From positions 102,146 through 166,145 of the forward strand of contig NIVC01002134.1 of the NCBI GenBank assembly GCA_002269645.1: DNA of 64,000 nt, read 5' to 3'. Shown here piece after piece: positions 26,501 through 39,696 of this stretch; the first letter of the stretch is position 1; each line of letters starts with the position of its first letter. The stretch comes from Macrostomum lignano (lineage: Eukaryota). The position numbers and the translations under genes were made by a program. A model generated the notes under the pieces. It did not search any database, was not told the origin of the DNA, and worked only from the letters and a program-made list of their open reading frames with translations.

Positions 26501-29500
26501 GCGACAACGGACTGCGTGTAAGCCCTCACAAATGCCAATTCTATCAGGATACAATCGAGTTCCTGGGCCATCAGATTTCTGGAGACGGGATCCGACCGCT
26601 GCCCGATCGAGTCGATGCCCTACGTGCTCTTCCTCCACCCAAGGACAGCAGGGAGTTGCAGCGATATCTCGGCATGTTCGGCTTTTACCAACGCCACATT
26701 CAGCACTACGCACAGCTGCTACTCCCGCTGCGACAACTTTTCCACGGCACCTTCAGTTGGCTCCCAGAACATGACCAGGCATGGCGGGCGCTGCAAGACG
26801 CGCTCGCTGACGCGGTCACTCTCGCTTTTCCGCATCCGGAGGCCAACTTCACAGTAACAACGGATGCCAGTGCCATGGCGATCGGTGCCTGTCTGCACCA
26901 GGTCGTAGACGGCGAGTCTACGCCTCTCGCGTTTCTGTCCAGAAAGCTTTCCGACACCGAAACTAAATACAGCACCTTCGACCGGGAGCTACTTGCTATC
27001 TTCGCCGCCATCAAGGCATGGAAGCACCTGCTGCAAGGCCAGACAGTGACGGTATTCTGTGACCACAAGCCAATTATCGGAGCCTTCGCAAGCAGCAAGG
27101 AACGCTTCTCGGACAGACAGCAGCGCCAGATGTCAGCAATCTCAGAGATTGTCACAGACGTGGTTCACATCGCCGGTAAAGACAACGTCGTTGCTGATGC
27201 GCTGTCCCGTCCCTCGAAAGACGCTGTCAACATCGCAACATCAGAAGTTCTGGTCGCGGCCGCTCATGAGATAGCCCCAACGGACGAAGACACTCAAATG
27301 TTGCCCAGTTTTGACCTGCCCGCAATTGCACGCGCTCAACAGCTGGATTCAACGTTGCCATCGCAATCCAGCACTTTCAAGTTGTTCGACATCGGACTGA
27401 CTGACTGTAAACTGCTCTGCGAAACGTCATACCCCAATCCGCGACCAGTCGTTCCACCAGACTTGCGAAAACACATCTTCACATCGATTCATTCATTGGC
27501 CCATCCTGGTGTCAAGGCGAGCTGTCGATTGATCACCCATCGCTACTTCTGGCCGGAGATCTCTCGCGATGTGCGCCGTTGGACGGAGGAATGCCTACAA
27601 TGCCAAGCCAACAAAGTAACTCAGCATGTACACCGACCATTACACCAGTTACCGACTCCCTCTCAGCGATTCGCGACGGTACACATGGATATTGTCGGAC
27701 CACTAACACCACCAGAGGCTAACGGTCAACTACAGCCACGTTATCTACTGACAGTCATCGACGCCTACACCCGATGGTTGGAGGCCATTCCGCTGATAGA
27801 CATCTCTGCCGCATCTGTAGCTCAAGGATTCCTCAGCGCCTGGGTGTCACGCTTTGGCCCACCCCTGACGCTCATTACGGACCAGGGTGCCCAATTCCGT
27901 GAAGAGCTCATGGAAGAGTTTACTAAGCTGTTCGGCATCCATCACATAAGAACCTCAGCGTATAACCCCCGAGCCAATGGTCTAGTGGAGCGAGCACATC
28001 GCTCTCTGAAGGCTGCTCTTCGTGCGCGAGGTCGCTGTTGGTTACAACAACTGCCGATTGTCCTACTCGGACTACGAATTCAACCTAATGATGCCGGCCA
28101 CTGCCCATTCTCCGGTGTAACAGGCGAGCAACCGATCGTACCACCGGTAGTCACAGAGGATGCCAGCCTGAGCCAACTATCCAATCGTCTTCACAATCTG
28201 TTCTACCCCTACCGTCTGCCACGCACGCGCGCAACACCGGTGCACCTTCCGGACAACCTACAGAGCTGCAGCCACGTCTGGCTCCGGCTCGACCGTGTCC
28301 GTAAGCCGTTGGAAGCACCTTACCAAGGTCCATTTCCTGTTCTGCACCGTTCACCGCTCACCTTTACACTCGACATCCGCGGGACACCTACGAGCGTTGC
28401 AATCGACCGCGTTAAACCAGCACGGTTGCCCACTCCCCAGCGCGATGAGCCTACCAAGACCTCCGATACGGATGAGCCCATCCGAGCAAGGTTGAGACCC
28501 CGCCGTGTCACTTTTGCGTGAACTTTGTGTGGTTTGTGCCCCTATGGACACTAAGAACATGTTCTTGTTTGTGCATGATGCTGTTTTCATGATGTTACTG
28601 TACCGAACCGATGCACATATAGTTATCTTCCTTTTGGGAGGGGGGGGTAGTTATAGCACTATGTGTTTTAATATAACACTTCAACACTAAGTATGCTTCT
28701 ATTGTCTATGGCAGTTGTTAATAATCAAATACAGTTCGACAGCGCGAAGCTAAGAAGCCAGAGCGGCATTTCCTATCGATAGCTTCACACTTTTGTTCCA
28801 CTGCAATTATCTGCTTTTTCATAGTTGTAGCACCCGCTACAAAGTATTTGTCAGCGTCCTTTAACCCTATATACCCGACCTCACAACATCGCAGGTCTGT
28901 CAAGCGGTACACCCTCCCAATCGAGCAGCCCTACAACATGCACGAGTCGTACGATCAGCAGGCTAACATCACCATGATGGAGGGCGACGCGACACTGTTC
29001 TTTGCCACAGACAAAGGAAAATACGGGACTGGCCGATTGGCAAAGATTAACGACTTCTCGCGCGTAAGATCTGCAGGATGAACTACGATTTTCTGTAGAA
29101 GAGCTTCCATAAGAATCTTTGCGCGGAATCTTTGTCGGAATGTCGCAAGAATGGGCCACTCGCTATCTGTGACTGTGTATTTCATTCACAGAGAGGTGAA
29201 ACTAGCTCGTGGCGATAGACATTCAAGACGGTCAACAAGCGTTACTCATTCGTAGAATTAAAAAACTCAGATTGGTTTATTAGAAGCAGAAGGCTGTGTG
29301 CACCCTGGCGCACTTTAAGCGACATTGTCACACAACCGGCGAGAGGCATTACTGCCTATTCGGCCGACTCCCCTGAGCAGGCACACAAGCGCGCGATACG
29401 TACGCAGTCGTACGCACAGGCACAAACTCACACAGGAGTGTACAGCGGCCCTAACTTTATTTATCGTTTGGCATGTACACTTCACTGTGCCTTGGGGGGG

Positions 29501-32500
29501 GGAGCAAATTAATGCAACTGCACTTGGAATCGAGCCTGGGTCGCTGGCACACAAGAGCGCCGCACTAGACCAGTACTATGCTACGGCCCCTCCAGAATGA
29601 TTCAGTGATGTTGTAAAGGAAATGTTCTGTTTTACATTACTGTTAGGGTATATTGATTGTGAATAACAGTAGAATTTGCAAAGACACGCCAAGATATTTC
29701 GGTTTTGACCATAGACATAAACTCGGAACCAATGAAAGCCTATAGTTTGCTAGGCACTACACATTTTGACATGTACACGAGACTGTCTATCTGAGTGAAA
29801 TTTAACAATATTACTCATCCGCATCGCTACTTCAACCTTTCAGGCATATCCTACATCAAGAATATGCACTATGGAAATTGTTCATTTGACAAGATCCCGG
29901 AGGACAGCTGGGATGCGACTATCACACCGGGTGGTGCCAGATTGAAATCACCAGCGGAATTCTACTTTCGCCAGTTTGAACGAATTGCAGTACAAAGGCA
30001 GCGTAAGTGTCTTTTAGTTGCCGTTGATACAACGAATTTTCCACGATCGAAAACCAAGCCATGCAAAAACCTTCAACACTACTTCTAAGGCTTCTGGTTT
30101 AAAATGAAAAGCACAAATCTGTATTTAAGTTAGCTAGTAGATTTGAAGTAGAGAATAAATACAGTAGATTAGAAGTTCTATCACATTTATTAGAAGGTAG
30201 AAACATTAGATTAGATAGTGGAAACCTTTGATTAAATAGTGGAAAACTTAGATTATAGTGGAAACCTGAGATTATATAGTGAAAACCATAGATTAGATAG
30301 TGGAAAACTTAGACTGGATAGTGGAAACCTGAGATTATATAGTGAAAACCATAGAGTAGATAGGGAAAACAATGAGTAGATGGTGGAAACCATTGATTTG
30401 ATCGTCGGTAACCAATAATTAGATTAGAGGATATAAACTTTAGTTTAGAACCTATTTTAAAGTGAAGCTTATACTTGTAGATTGTTAAATAGGAAAAAAT
30501 AAAGGCCATAAAATAAATGCCGTTCAGGTCAATTATTATTAAAAAAAGTTGCTAAAAATATTATTACAGGGTATTTATCGCGACACGGATGTTGATGTTT
30601 TCATTGGCTACAAGGATAACTACGTAGACATTGGCGACGGCAAGAAATACCCAGTGACTGTGGAATACTATCTTCAGATTGTAAGCTTAACCTTGGTTTT
30701 TGATGTTTTTATTTCGATATTATTACATACTACGAGTACTTACTAGCTCGAATCAATGGAGTTTCTTCGTTACAGAAGACAACAAGCGACATGGACGGCA
30801 ACCCGAAGTACGAAGCGGTTCCAAGAGGCATTTACTCAGCTGTAGCTCAACCGGTAAACATTTTTAACTAAAAGATTAGGCTTACTTTACAGTACTTATA
30901 ACAGTAGTAAAGCCACTAAAGCCACTACCAACTCTTGGGGCAGAAAAGCTTTAGCACCCACGAAGGGGGCTCTAGGAGGCCAACCCCCAAGGCACAGACT
31001 TTATAAAGCCGGAAAATACTAACCACAACAGCAAAAGATCAGATGAAAATAGCAAATCACTTTCTTAAAAAGTTTTATAATACGCTCGTAGCAAACAAGA
31101 CTACGATGTCTAAGATGCTTCTTAGCCATGGTCAGTTCGCTCAAAATGTAACCGACATTCTTCTGTCGTTCGTTGGCATTGCGACCGAGACTGCCAGTGT
31201 ACGTAACTCGTTGATGGCGTGCATAATTGTCACTTGTTTGCGCACTTTATAAACTGCACGAGGAAGCCGTGCGTTTCACAGCCAGGAGGCCAACTCCCAA
31301 GACACAGAGAGTGTACATGTCTGACGATTTGAAGTCAAAGCCGCTGTACACTGTGTGAGCGTTTGCACGAGTGCTTGTCAGAGAGTCCCCAGAGTTCGCC
31401 GAAGGCGTTCCCGCCATCTATTACTATTAGTATTATTATTAACCTCAAACTGCAGCTTCGCATCTACACAATGACGGACGTCTTTGACTACAACACTAAG
31501 CTGCCTCGAGTTTACGAGCACGACATCTCAGACTGTTTCAGCAGCACCGATGAGCAGCATTTTGAGCTGATTCTGACGACTTGTGAGTGAAAAGATGAAT
31601 TGAAAATATGTTGAGCCCCTGACAGTCCAATAAATTTGCAATCATTTTTAGCCGGGATCAGTGACGAATCGCACATGAAATATCTGAAGAGTCATCTCAA
31701 CGAGTTTTTCTACTCACTCGTGGCCGGCATCTCCAAGGCGATTAATATCTCGCCGTTGAGAGTTCTGGAGCCTAAGGTTAGTTACAATTTTATTTGAAAT
31801 CACTTAACTTGTGTTCTATTCACTTAGAACCAGTCAAAGTCATACCTCATAGTTCAAAATAGAACGAAGCAACGTCATCGTAATTCAGTACCGCTACTCA
31901 TATTGACAACAGTAGTGTAGCCAGGGTCTTTCACTTTGGTTTGCGGCTTTAGAACCAGGGGCTTTAGCACCAGGGGCTTTAGCACCAGGGGCTTTAGCAC
32001 CAGGGCTTTAGCACCAGGGGCTTTAGCACCGCGGCTTTAGCACCAGGGCTTTAGCACCAGGGGCTTTAGCACCAGCGGCTTTAGCACCAGGGGCTTTAGC
32101 ACCAGGGGCTTTAGCACCAGGAGCTTTAGCACCAGGGGCTTTAGCACCAGGGGCTTTAGCACCAGGAGCTTTAGCACCAGTGGCTTTAGCACCAGCGGCT
32201 TTAGCACCAGGGGCTTTAGCACCAGGGGCTTTAGCACCAGGAGCTTTAGCACCAGGGGCTTTAGCACCAGGGGCTTTAGCACCAGGAGCTTTAGCACCAG
32301 TGGCTTTAGCACCAGCGGCTTTAGCACCAGTGGCTTTAGCACCAGCGGCTTTAGCACCAGGGGCTTTAGCACCAGCGGCTTTAGCACCAGGGGCTTTAGC
32401 ACCAGGGGCGTTAGCACCAGGGGCGCAGTCACCAACCAGACATTGTTTAACCGGTGCCCTTAGCCATGACGTACATTGTTACATGTACTAATCATACAAT

Positions 32501-33682
32501 TTCACCTCCCACACCTTAGCTAAGTCTGTTCGCTGAGCCGCTGATGCTTGTCGAAGTGACAATTAGCGAGCGCGCGAATGTGCCCGGCTACACGCCAAGC
32601 CAGCCGGAGTCAACTCTGGCCGAGGTTGCGCCCAAACTGACTGAGGCAATCAATAAGAAAACTCTATACGTTCAGATTCTTGATGGCGAGATTATGTTTG
32701 ACATACCTGTTAATGACTTTGTTCAGATGGATGCGAGAAGGTATTTATTCGCATCGTTATGAATTTTAATTAAGTATTCGACCGTATGCACTTGTGCACG
32801 CTATATAACTTGTTCAAAAATGCTAATTTCAGGACTGAAAAAAACGGAATCGCAAGGAGGACTGTCTCCAGGTAAAATCAATGTCTTGTGTGTTTTTGGA
32901 AAGCAAGAAAGTCTTCATCTTAAATATGGGGCACTGAGACGTTAGAAAAGCGCCGAGACCGACACCTATGCATGACACCGGGATAGACACTTGGGCACCA
33001 GGATATTCATATAGCACAATCTGGATAGACACTTAGACATCAGGATGGACATATAGAACAACCAAAGAGACACTTGGACATAAGGACAGACACCTTGGAC
33101 ACCAAGGATAGACATATAAAACAATATGGATAGACACTTGGACACCATGATTGCCATATAAAACAATCTGGATAGACGCTTGGACATCAAGATAGACACT
33201 TTGGACACCGGGATAAAGACTTGGACACCCGGATAGACACTTGGAAACCAGGATAGACATATAAAACAAACAAGATAAACACTTGGACACCAGGATAGAC
33301 ACTTTGGACACCAGGATAAAGACGTGGACACTAGGATAGATACTTGGACACCGGGATAAAGACGTGGACACTAGGATAGATATTTGAACACCGGGATAAA
33401 GACGTGGACACTAGGATAGACACTTGGAAACCAGGATAGCCATATAAAACAACCAGGATAGAGAGAAGATGATGGCATATCAAAGAATGCTTCCGAAGAA
33501 GGATCTTTAAACCAGCATTCTCAAACCAAACTCACGAAATCTAAGGAGCCGCAGCAGGTCTCAGCATTGGCATGCTCATACTCGGTGCACTGATCGCCCT
33601 GCTGGTGATCTTCGGTCTGAGTTACTTCCGCAACAACTCTGTGTTCGGCTTCAAGCCGTTTGGAAACGGCGCCGAAGGCTGA
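20511..33682 (+). CDS. Uncharacterised type I single-pass membrane protein (signal peptide, large ectodomain, TM helix, short tail), about 693 aa if three 1-nt indels are corrected
   Basis: Exons 20511-20610, 21197-21472, 22971-23113, 23190-23277, 23310-23485, 24012-24105, 28855-29063, 29844-30002, 30570-30680, 30776-30853, 31456-31582, 31652-31776, 32520-32740, 32833-32871 and 33546-33682. N-terminus [24 protein letters not shown]; C-terminal GGLSP|[31 protein letters not shown]. Phase conflicts at 29063/4, 29964-66 and 32838-44. Confidence 0.72.
20860..21192. repeat. Degenerate about 20-bp repeat plus (GAATA)n
   Basis: CTAGAACAGATAGACA-like units at 20860-21022; GAATA runs at 21127-21192. 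Confidence 0.75.
21525..21950. repeat. GA-rich polypurine tract
   Basis: Almost pure G/A; the ORFs over it are low-complexity artefacts. Confidence 0.92.
23606..23684. repeat. 20-bp tandem repeat, about 4 copies
   Basis: Unit GTCGCCACTGTCTCCTAGTG. Confidence 0.9.
24372..24569 (+). repeat. 5' LTR (198 bp)
   Basis: TATAGCACT...CCCGCTACA; differs from the 3' LTR by an 8-bp duplication (ACAACACT) and one C/T substitution that I could see. Confidence 0.9.
24573..24584 (+). promoter_or_regulatory. Primer binding site complementary to the initiator tRNA-Met 3' end
   Basis: TGGTAGCAGAGC, 3 nt after the 5' LTR; complements the 3' end ...GCUCUGCUACCA typical of invertebrate tRNAi-Met. Confidence 0.8.
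24615..25439 (+). CDS. gag: Gag (274 aa) with CHCC zinc knuckle
   Basis: [20 protein letters not shown]-terminal motif; [18 protein letters not shown] knuckle; ATG 30 nt after the PBS. Confidence 0.88.
   Translation: MPSKRSKRQTVANTTGSTSTTERDTASTAQESINRGTVRPPPFYRKAPDVWFRQLESQFVLARITCPTTKFHHALSALPEDVACDIADVEDDYEALKSAVTELLRANRHQRIEEALAAVELGDRRPTQLVTDIRRRFSEVGLQVDDSIVKSRLLSALPGNIRSALVGHESEALDNFARIADSMLAVAGPTTPFHTIARATAAPSAPSPGNAREARPQRRTRQSRQKVCNGHIYYGAEARTCRPWCQWPGPKPQRVLKSRQATPAQSRAASPTNA
25430..25870 (+). CDS. Retroviral-type aspartic protease (in the -1 frame relative to gag)
   Basis: [10 protein letters not shown] catalytic motif and ILGADFL flap-side motif; the ORF-track start at 25343 is nominal. 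Confidence 0.85.
   Translation, partial: KRVGHAPGPSHDLNEAASLLLPCKLFGKTVRFVVDTGAERSLLPLDLAPRHLLAPTQVRLRSVDGREFSTLGQCSLSVAVPELRRLFPANFIVADTPPILGADFLAKFGLLIDMRNRRLHDPTTQLHAALQAIADSAPQVLATSEC
25864..28521 (+). CDS. pol: Pol: reverse transcriptase, RNase H, integrase
   Basis: [35 protein letters not shown]; RH TDAS...RELLA...DHK...ADALSR; IN HSLAH...CLQC, HMD, TDQG, GLVER; GPY/F tail PYQGPF. Separated from the protease by an apparent 1-nt deletion near 25869. Confidence 0.93.
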   Translation: MLATPLDAFPQLAEAPDYSSAPSSSTVSHQIITDSKPLFCRPRPLPPAKFDAAKAEFDKLLQLGIVRPSASPWASPLHMVKKKDGSWRPCGDYRALNAVTKPDRYPIPHIGHFHHRLHGSRVFSKLDLVKAYHFVPIAAEDIEKTAVCTPFGSFEYLRMPFGLRNAASTFQRFVDAIFRDMPFVVTYIDDILIHSTCREEHEAHLHAVLQRLCDNGLRVSPHKCQFYQDTIEFLGHQISGDGIRPLPDRVDALRALPPPKDSRELQRYLGMFGFYQRHIQHYAQLLLPLRQLFHGTFSWLPEHDQAWRALQDALADAVTLAFPHPEANFTVTTDASAMAIGACLHQVVDGESTPLAFLSRKLSDTETKYSTFDRELLAIFAAIKAWKHLLQGQTVTVFCDHKPIIGAFASSKERFSDRQQRQMSAISEIVTDVVHIAGKDNVVADALSRPSKDAVNIATSEVLVAAAHEIAPTDEDTQMLPSFDLPAIARAQQLDSTLPSQSSTFKLFDIGLTDCKLLCETSYPNPRPVVPPDLRKHIFTSIHSLAHPGVKASCRLITHRYFWPEISRDVRRWTEECLQCQANKVTQHVHRPLHQLPTPSQRFATVHMDIVGPLTPPEANGQLQPRYLLTVIDAYTRWLEAIPLIDISAASVAQGFLSAWVSRFGPPLTLITDQGAQFREELMEEFTKLFGIHHIRTSAYNPRANGLVERAHRSLKAALRARGRCWLQQLPIVLLGLRIQPNDAGHCPFSGVTGEQPIVPPVVTEDASLSQLSNRLHNLFYPYRLPRTRATPVHLPDNLQSCSHVWLRLDRVRKPLEAPYQGPFPVLHRSPLTFTLDIRGTPTSVAIDRVKPARLPTPQRDEPTKTSDTDEPIRARLRPRRVTFA
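28636..28647 (+). promoter_or_regulatory. Polypurine tract
   Basis: GGGAGGGGGGGG, 4 nt before the 3' LTR. Confidence 0.85.
28652..28841 (+). repeat. 3' LTR (190 bp)
   Basis: TATAGCACT...CCCGCTACA, near-identical to the 5' LTR. Confidence 0.9.
29291..29590 (-). mobile_element. tRNA-derived SINE (full head)
   Basis: Minus-strand head GGGGCCGTAGCATAGTACTGG (A box at 29570-29583), B box GGCTCGATTCC (29526-29536); body shared with 18337-18512 and 31284-31360. Confidence 0.8.
30190..30395. repeat. About 21-bp degenerate minisatellite
   Basis: AGATTAGATAGTGGAAACC-like units. Confidence 0.8.
31020..31262 (-). pseudogene. Degenerate inverted copy of the 3' part of NEK10 exon 5 plus the start of its downstream intron
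   Basis: The reverse complement CAGTTTATAAAGTGCGCAAACAAG...CAACGAACGACAGAAGAATGTCGGTTACATTTTGAGCGAACTGACCATGGCTAAGAAGCATCTTAGACAT...TATTATAAAACTTTTTAAGAAAGTGATTTG aligns to about 12214-12415, with indels. Confidence 0.85.
31284..31360 (+). mobile_element. Diverged SINE body fragment
   Basis: CCCAAGACACAGAGAGTGTACATG...GCCGCTGTACACTGTGTGAG matches the sense strand of the 29291-29590 SINE. Confidence 0.6.
31950..32425. repeat. 15-bp minisatellite
   Basis: Unit GGCTTTAGCACCAGG, about 31 copies; reverse complement of the 13133-13320 unit. Confidence 0.95.
32980..33460. repeat. About 20-bp degenerate minisatellite
   Basis: GACACTTGGACACCAGGATA-like units in the last intron of the membrane-protein gene. 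Confidence 0.85.
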
Positions 33683-34189
33683 GAGAGAATGTGCTTCGCT
33701 GGTGATTATTCGTTTAAACAAACCCGTTATAGCTATTATTCGTGTGAGCTCAGATGTTAAAAAATTAACTTTGATAAACAAAATCAACATGAGCCAGTTT
33801 TCGAAAAGTAATAAACATTTTTAAACCGATAACATTCGCTAGACTTAATATTTCAACAATATCAATAAATTGATAAATATACTAGTATACTCGTTTCTGG
33901 CGTTTCTAGTTAACATAGAAATGTTTTGACAATTTCAACGCTTCACTTTGTTTATTGACTTGTATGGATCACAATACTAAACGTTTCCGACGTGAATTGA
34001 CTTCGCTAAAAATGTGGGTAATTTTACTTTTCCTTTGAATAGGTGTTACACTTCTTTATGATACTGACCAATATACGAGCTAGAGTATCGGGGAGTATTT
34101 TCATAAGACTGAAATTTTCACAGCGTCGAAAAAAGTATTGCTGATCACTTCCGCCGTCTCATACTGAGCCGATTTCGACGATATGACGT

Positions 34190-34640
34190 TACAAGCTGTG
34201 ATGTTTCGAGTCTGTGATGTTTCGAGCTTGTGATGTTTCGAGCTTGTGATGTTTCGAGTATGTGATGTGATGTTTAGAATCTGTGATGTTTCGAGCTTGT
34301 GATGTTTCGAGTATGTGATGTGATGTTTAGAATCTGTGATGTTTCGAGCTTGTGATGTTTCGAGTATGTGATGTGATGTTTAGAATCTGTGATGTGATGT
34401 TTCGAGTATGTGATGTGATGTTTAGAATCTGTGATGTGATGTTTCGAGTATGTGATGTGATGCTTCGAGTTTGTGATGTGATGTTTCGAGTTGTGATGTT
34501 TCGAGTATGTGATGTGATGTTTAGAATCTGTGATGTGATGTTTCGAGTATGTGATGTGATGCTTCGAGTTTGTGATGTGATGTTTCGAGTTGTGATGTTT
34601 CGAGTCTGTGATGTGATGTTTAGAGCCTGTGATGTTTTGA
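34190..34640. repeat. Compound minisatellite
   Basis: TGTGATGTTTCGAG and TGTGATGTGATGTTTAGAATC units in higher-order alternation. Confidence 0.92.
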
Positions 34641-35424
34641 GTCGGCGATGTAGACGTTTCAAGTGACGTGATGCTTTGAGCTTGTTAATCGACCCCCTTC
34701 AAAAAAGAAGTTGTCTGTCCAATGCGACAATGAGACATTTTAAAGAATGGCCTTCAATTTCTGTAGAAATCTTGCTGTCCATAAACATATCATTATTTTA
34801 ATCATACAGTACTATTAGTACAAGTACAATACATTACTAGGCAACAATTGATTAAAATTAGTTTATATCAGCATCAGTATATAGACATAAATGCCTGCTT
34901 AAATACAAAATTCGACACAGCTGAGTTCTATATTTAGCGTTTTACGCGCTGCGTTAAAATATCTGCTGCACTTAAAGCAGCACTAATGATATGCACTGCC
35001 CCGCGGCACTGTGCTCGCAGTGACAGAAAATCTATGGTGTACAAAAGCTAATGTACACCAAACTAAACTGCGGGAGGGGGTCTGAGTGAGACAAGAAAGA
35101 GAGAAAAGAGAAACGGCTGGCAAAGCAACGGGTTAAAAGCACAATTATCGTCAGCAACGCGAGTGCATACATGAATAGGCTTACAAAAGTGGGTGGATTT
35201 CGAACAAGCTAGAAGGATAGAACTGACAGAATTGAAAGCGCATTCTCCGCTTTGCCGACCCAGTAAGTGACCAAAGATTAATATTTAAAGACAATTCTCT
35301 CGACAAGGCAAGGTACAGAAATTTCATCTTAATTGTGTTGCTGAACGTCGCTACAGGTGACCGTGAACTATGAGCGTCTTTAAGTAAGTCTGCGCTTCTA
35401 GCTTACTGTTAATACTTTACTCTT

Positions 35425-35645
<221 letters not shown>

Positions 35646-35712
35646 TGAACAACCCCGAATTTCAACTTCACCGAGCAGGTGTGTTACATGGACTACCCGT
35701 CTGGATAAGATC

Positions 35713-37524
<1,812 letters not shown>

Positions 37525-39489
37525 GCAGCGTCGCCGCTTAGTACAGTGCTCTGACAGCAGAGACTCTGTAATGCGTAATACCGAATGGAAAGACTAAAAA
37601 CTTTTTTTATTGAAAAATACCAAAATATTGGAGCTTATTGTACGAAAAGGAATCATGTTTAAAACAAAATAAAAACTTTTTTTACTTTAAAAAAGGCTTG
37701 ACTGTCTTTATCTACTACGATTTCGAAAGAAAAAATCATCGCTTACCATGCCTGCTTAGAGCCAACGGAAACGTGATTTTTTGTTAGATAGCTTTACTTT
37801 AACGCTTGGAACTCGCTGCAAAAACAAATCGCATTGCTTGCTATTGATAGGACTTGGCAAAAATTATGTAATATATGTCTATGCATATTTCTTTGGTGGT
37901 TTTTGTTTGTTAAAAAGAGCTTTATTTGCGATTTTTATCTTTAAATGCGTGCAGTTTGGAGTTTGTTTCTTTATTTAACTGTCTGGCGTCTGTTCGATTT
38001 CGGATTCTCTCGGTGTAGCTAACTGGCATAGTTAAGATGAGGATCGTTAGTTTTGACTTTTTTACAATCTACAAAGTCTCTACAGACCAGCACCTCACTG
38101 GAAAATTGAACAAGATTGGAAGAACAGAATGTCAGGGACATTCCCTACTTAGTTGCCGCCCCTTGATGTTGATTCTGGCGCAATCACCGTAAGAGTCAAG
38201 AATAGCAGGAGGGAATACCATTTCAATAGTTGTTTTGAAATTCAAAATACCATTTCAAAATGGTGCTCAAGGATTTCCGGATTCTTTCTGTCAGAAAAGG
38301 GGGCCCTACACAGAGGGGACACCTTCAAGGTATCTATAAATCTGTTATTGAGACAGACGTCTAAGCTGACTATTGCATTGTTGGAATTGTCGTAATCTTT
38401 ATTAGTATCAGAGATTTTTAGGGTATTTTATTAGACGACTGCATGTAGCCAGTCCTCTGCGACACTCGGGTACATCGTACCATGAACTAATGGTATTGTC
38501 AATATTATTAAGCCCAGTTTCTGAGAAGAGACCAATACTAATATTTGTATTGTACAACCACATTTTACTGTCATGAATATTTTTGTTCAGCTTGTTACAA
38601 TTTAAATTCCCAATATTGAGGGTTCAATTCTACGAGTATTGCTGTCAGTAGCCATATCGAAATTTAATTTAGCTCGTATAACCCAGTTCAGGACTCGGTT
38701 CTGCTTCCGCACATCGAGGTGGCTTCAGCTTCACCTACCCTGACTGCGGGCTCTCTCGGGCAAAAGAAGGTCGCCAGGACTTCACTCGAAGTCCCCGAAT
38801 TGATCTCAAGAGCCCGTTGATTTCTTTAACTTTTGGTGCGGCAAGTATTAAGTTCAAATCTTGATGACTATCTATCTGTGAATACATTATAGTCTGTGTT
38901 GTGAAACAGTTCTTATACAGACTTGATTCTTACGTTATGAAGGTTTTTAGGACAGCATCTAGTAGCGTTAGTAGCGTCAGTGGCAGCGTTACTTGTAGAA
39001 ATGGAATTTAGGACTATTTAGGGACTATATATTGCATTTTGTACAAAATTCGACTACTGAGAGTACATGTAGTTTTAATAAGCAATTTGTATAGTTATTT
39101 TTTGTCTTTTACTATTAATTTGGTAGTTTTAATTGCTTTCATTAGTTTTAAGTGACTGAGAACGTCAGAAAAATATGTCGAAAGATTGCGAGCTACTCTC
39201 CAAGTGAGTATATGGTGTAGCTAACCATTCTTTGTGACCCTTGATACTCCTTTTTTATAACTTATGCTAGAAGATCTACATGTATTCGTTAAGTTACTCT
39301 TCTCTGTAGTAAAACAAATCTGCGATCAGTTCTTATTTATCAGGCAAAACTAACAAAACTAATTTTTTATCAACTACGTTTCCTTTGTTACTAAACGTCT
39401 AATAAATGACAGAAGCTATACAAAATTCATTTAACCTCTATAATTTACATTTCTAGTACATTGTTTTACTGTAATATTATTCTTAAAAA

Positions 39490-39696
39490 TTTTGATCCCT
39501 TATAGAAACCAATAATTTTGCTTCAGTGCTACAAAACATGGCGCCTGCGGCACCAAAATGAGTGCCTGTGGTGCCAAAATGATCCCTGACAACACCGATT
39601 CGGAAAGTAATGTACTTGTAAGAATTTAGCATGTGCATGTACATGTAGAATTCTTGACTTTGTCCCTCCACCATAAAATCCATGGCGACGCCCCTG
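39490..39696. mobile_element. Partial MITE-like element (family of 47310-48030)
   Basis: GCCTGCGGCACCAAAATGAGTGCC units, ACAACACCGATTC spacer, and right end CATAAAATCCATGGCGACGCCCCTG. Confidence 0.7.

Larger units (their letters stand above)
24372..28841 (+). mobile_element. Full-length Ty3/Gypsy LTR retrotransposon, CsRn1 lineage (4470 bp)
   Basis: Paired LTRs, PBS, PPT, Gag with C-X2-H-X9-C-X3-C, and PR-RT-RH-IN with a GPY/F tail. Imperfect 4-bp TSD AAGC (24368-71) / AAGT (28842-45). Confidence 0.93.

Noticed and set aside
28521-28652. env gene in the Gypsy element
   Set aside because: Only about 130 nt lie between the pol stop and the 3' LTR.
29192-29195. 4-nt microexon AGAG that would fix the exon 7-8 phase conflict
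   Set aside because: It has formal AG and GT boundaries, but a single missing G at 29063/4 is simpler and fits the pattern of other 1-nt indels; not excluded without reads.
29520-29590. tRNA genes here and at 53384-53455
   Set aside because: A and B boxes are present, but I could not fold a full cloverleaf with an acceptor stem, and both continue into SINE bodies.
38130-38880. Possible decayed retroelement coding remnant
   Set aside because: No frame gave a recognisable motif by eye.
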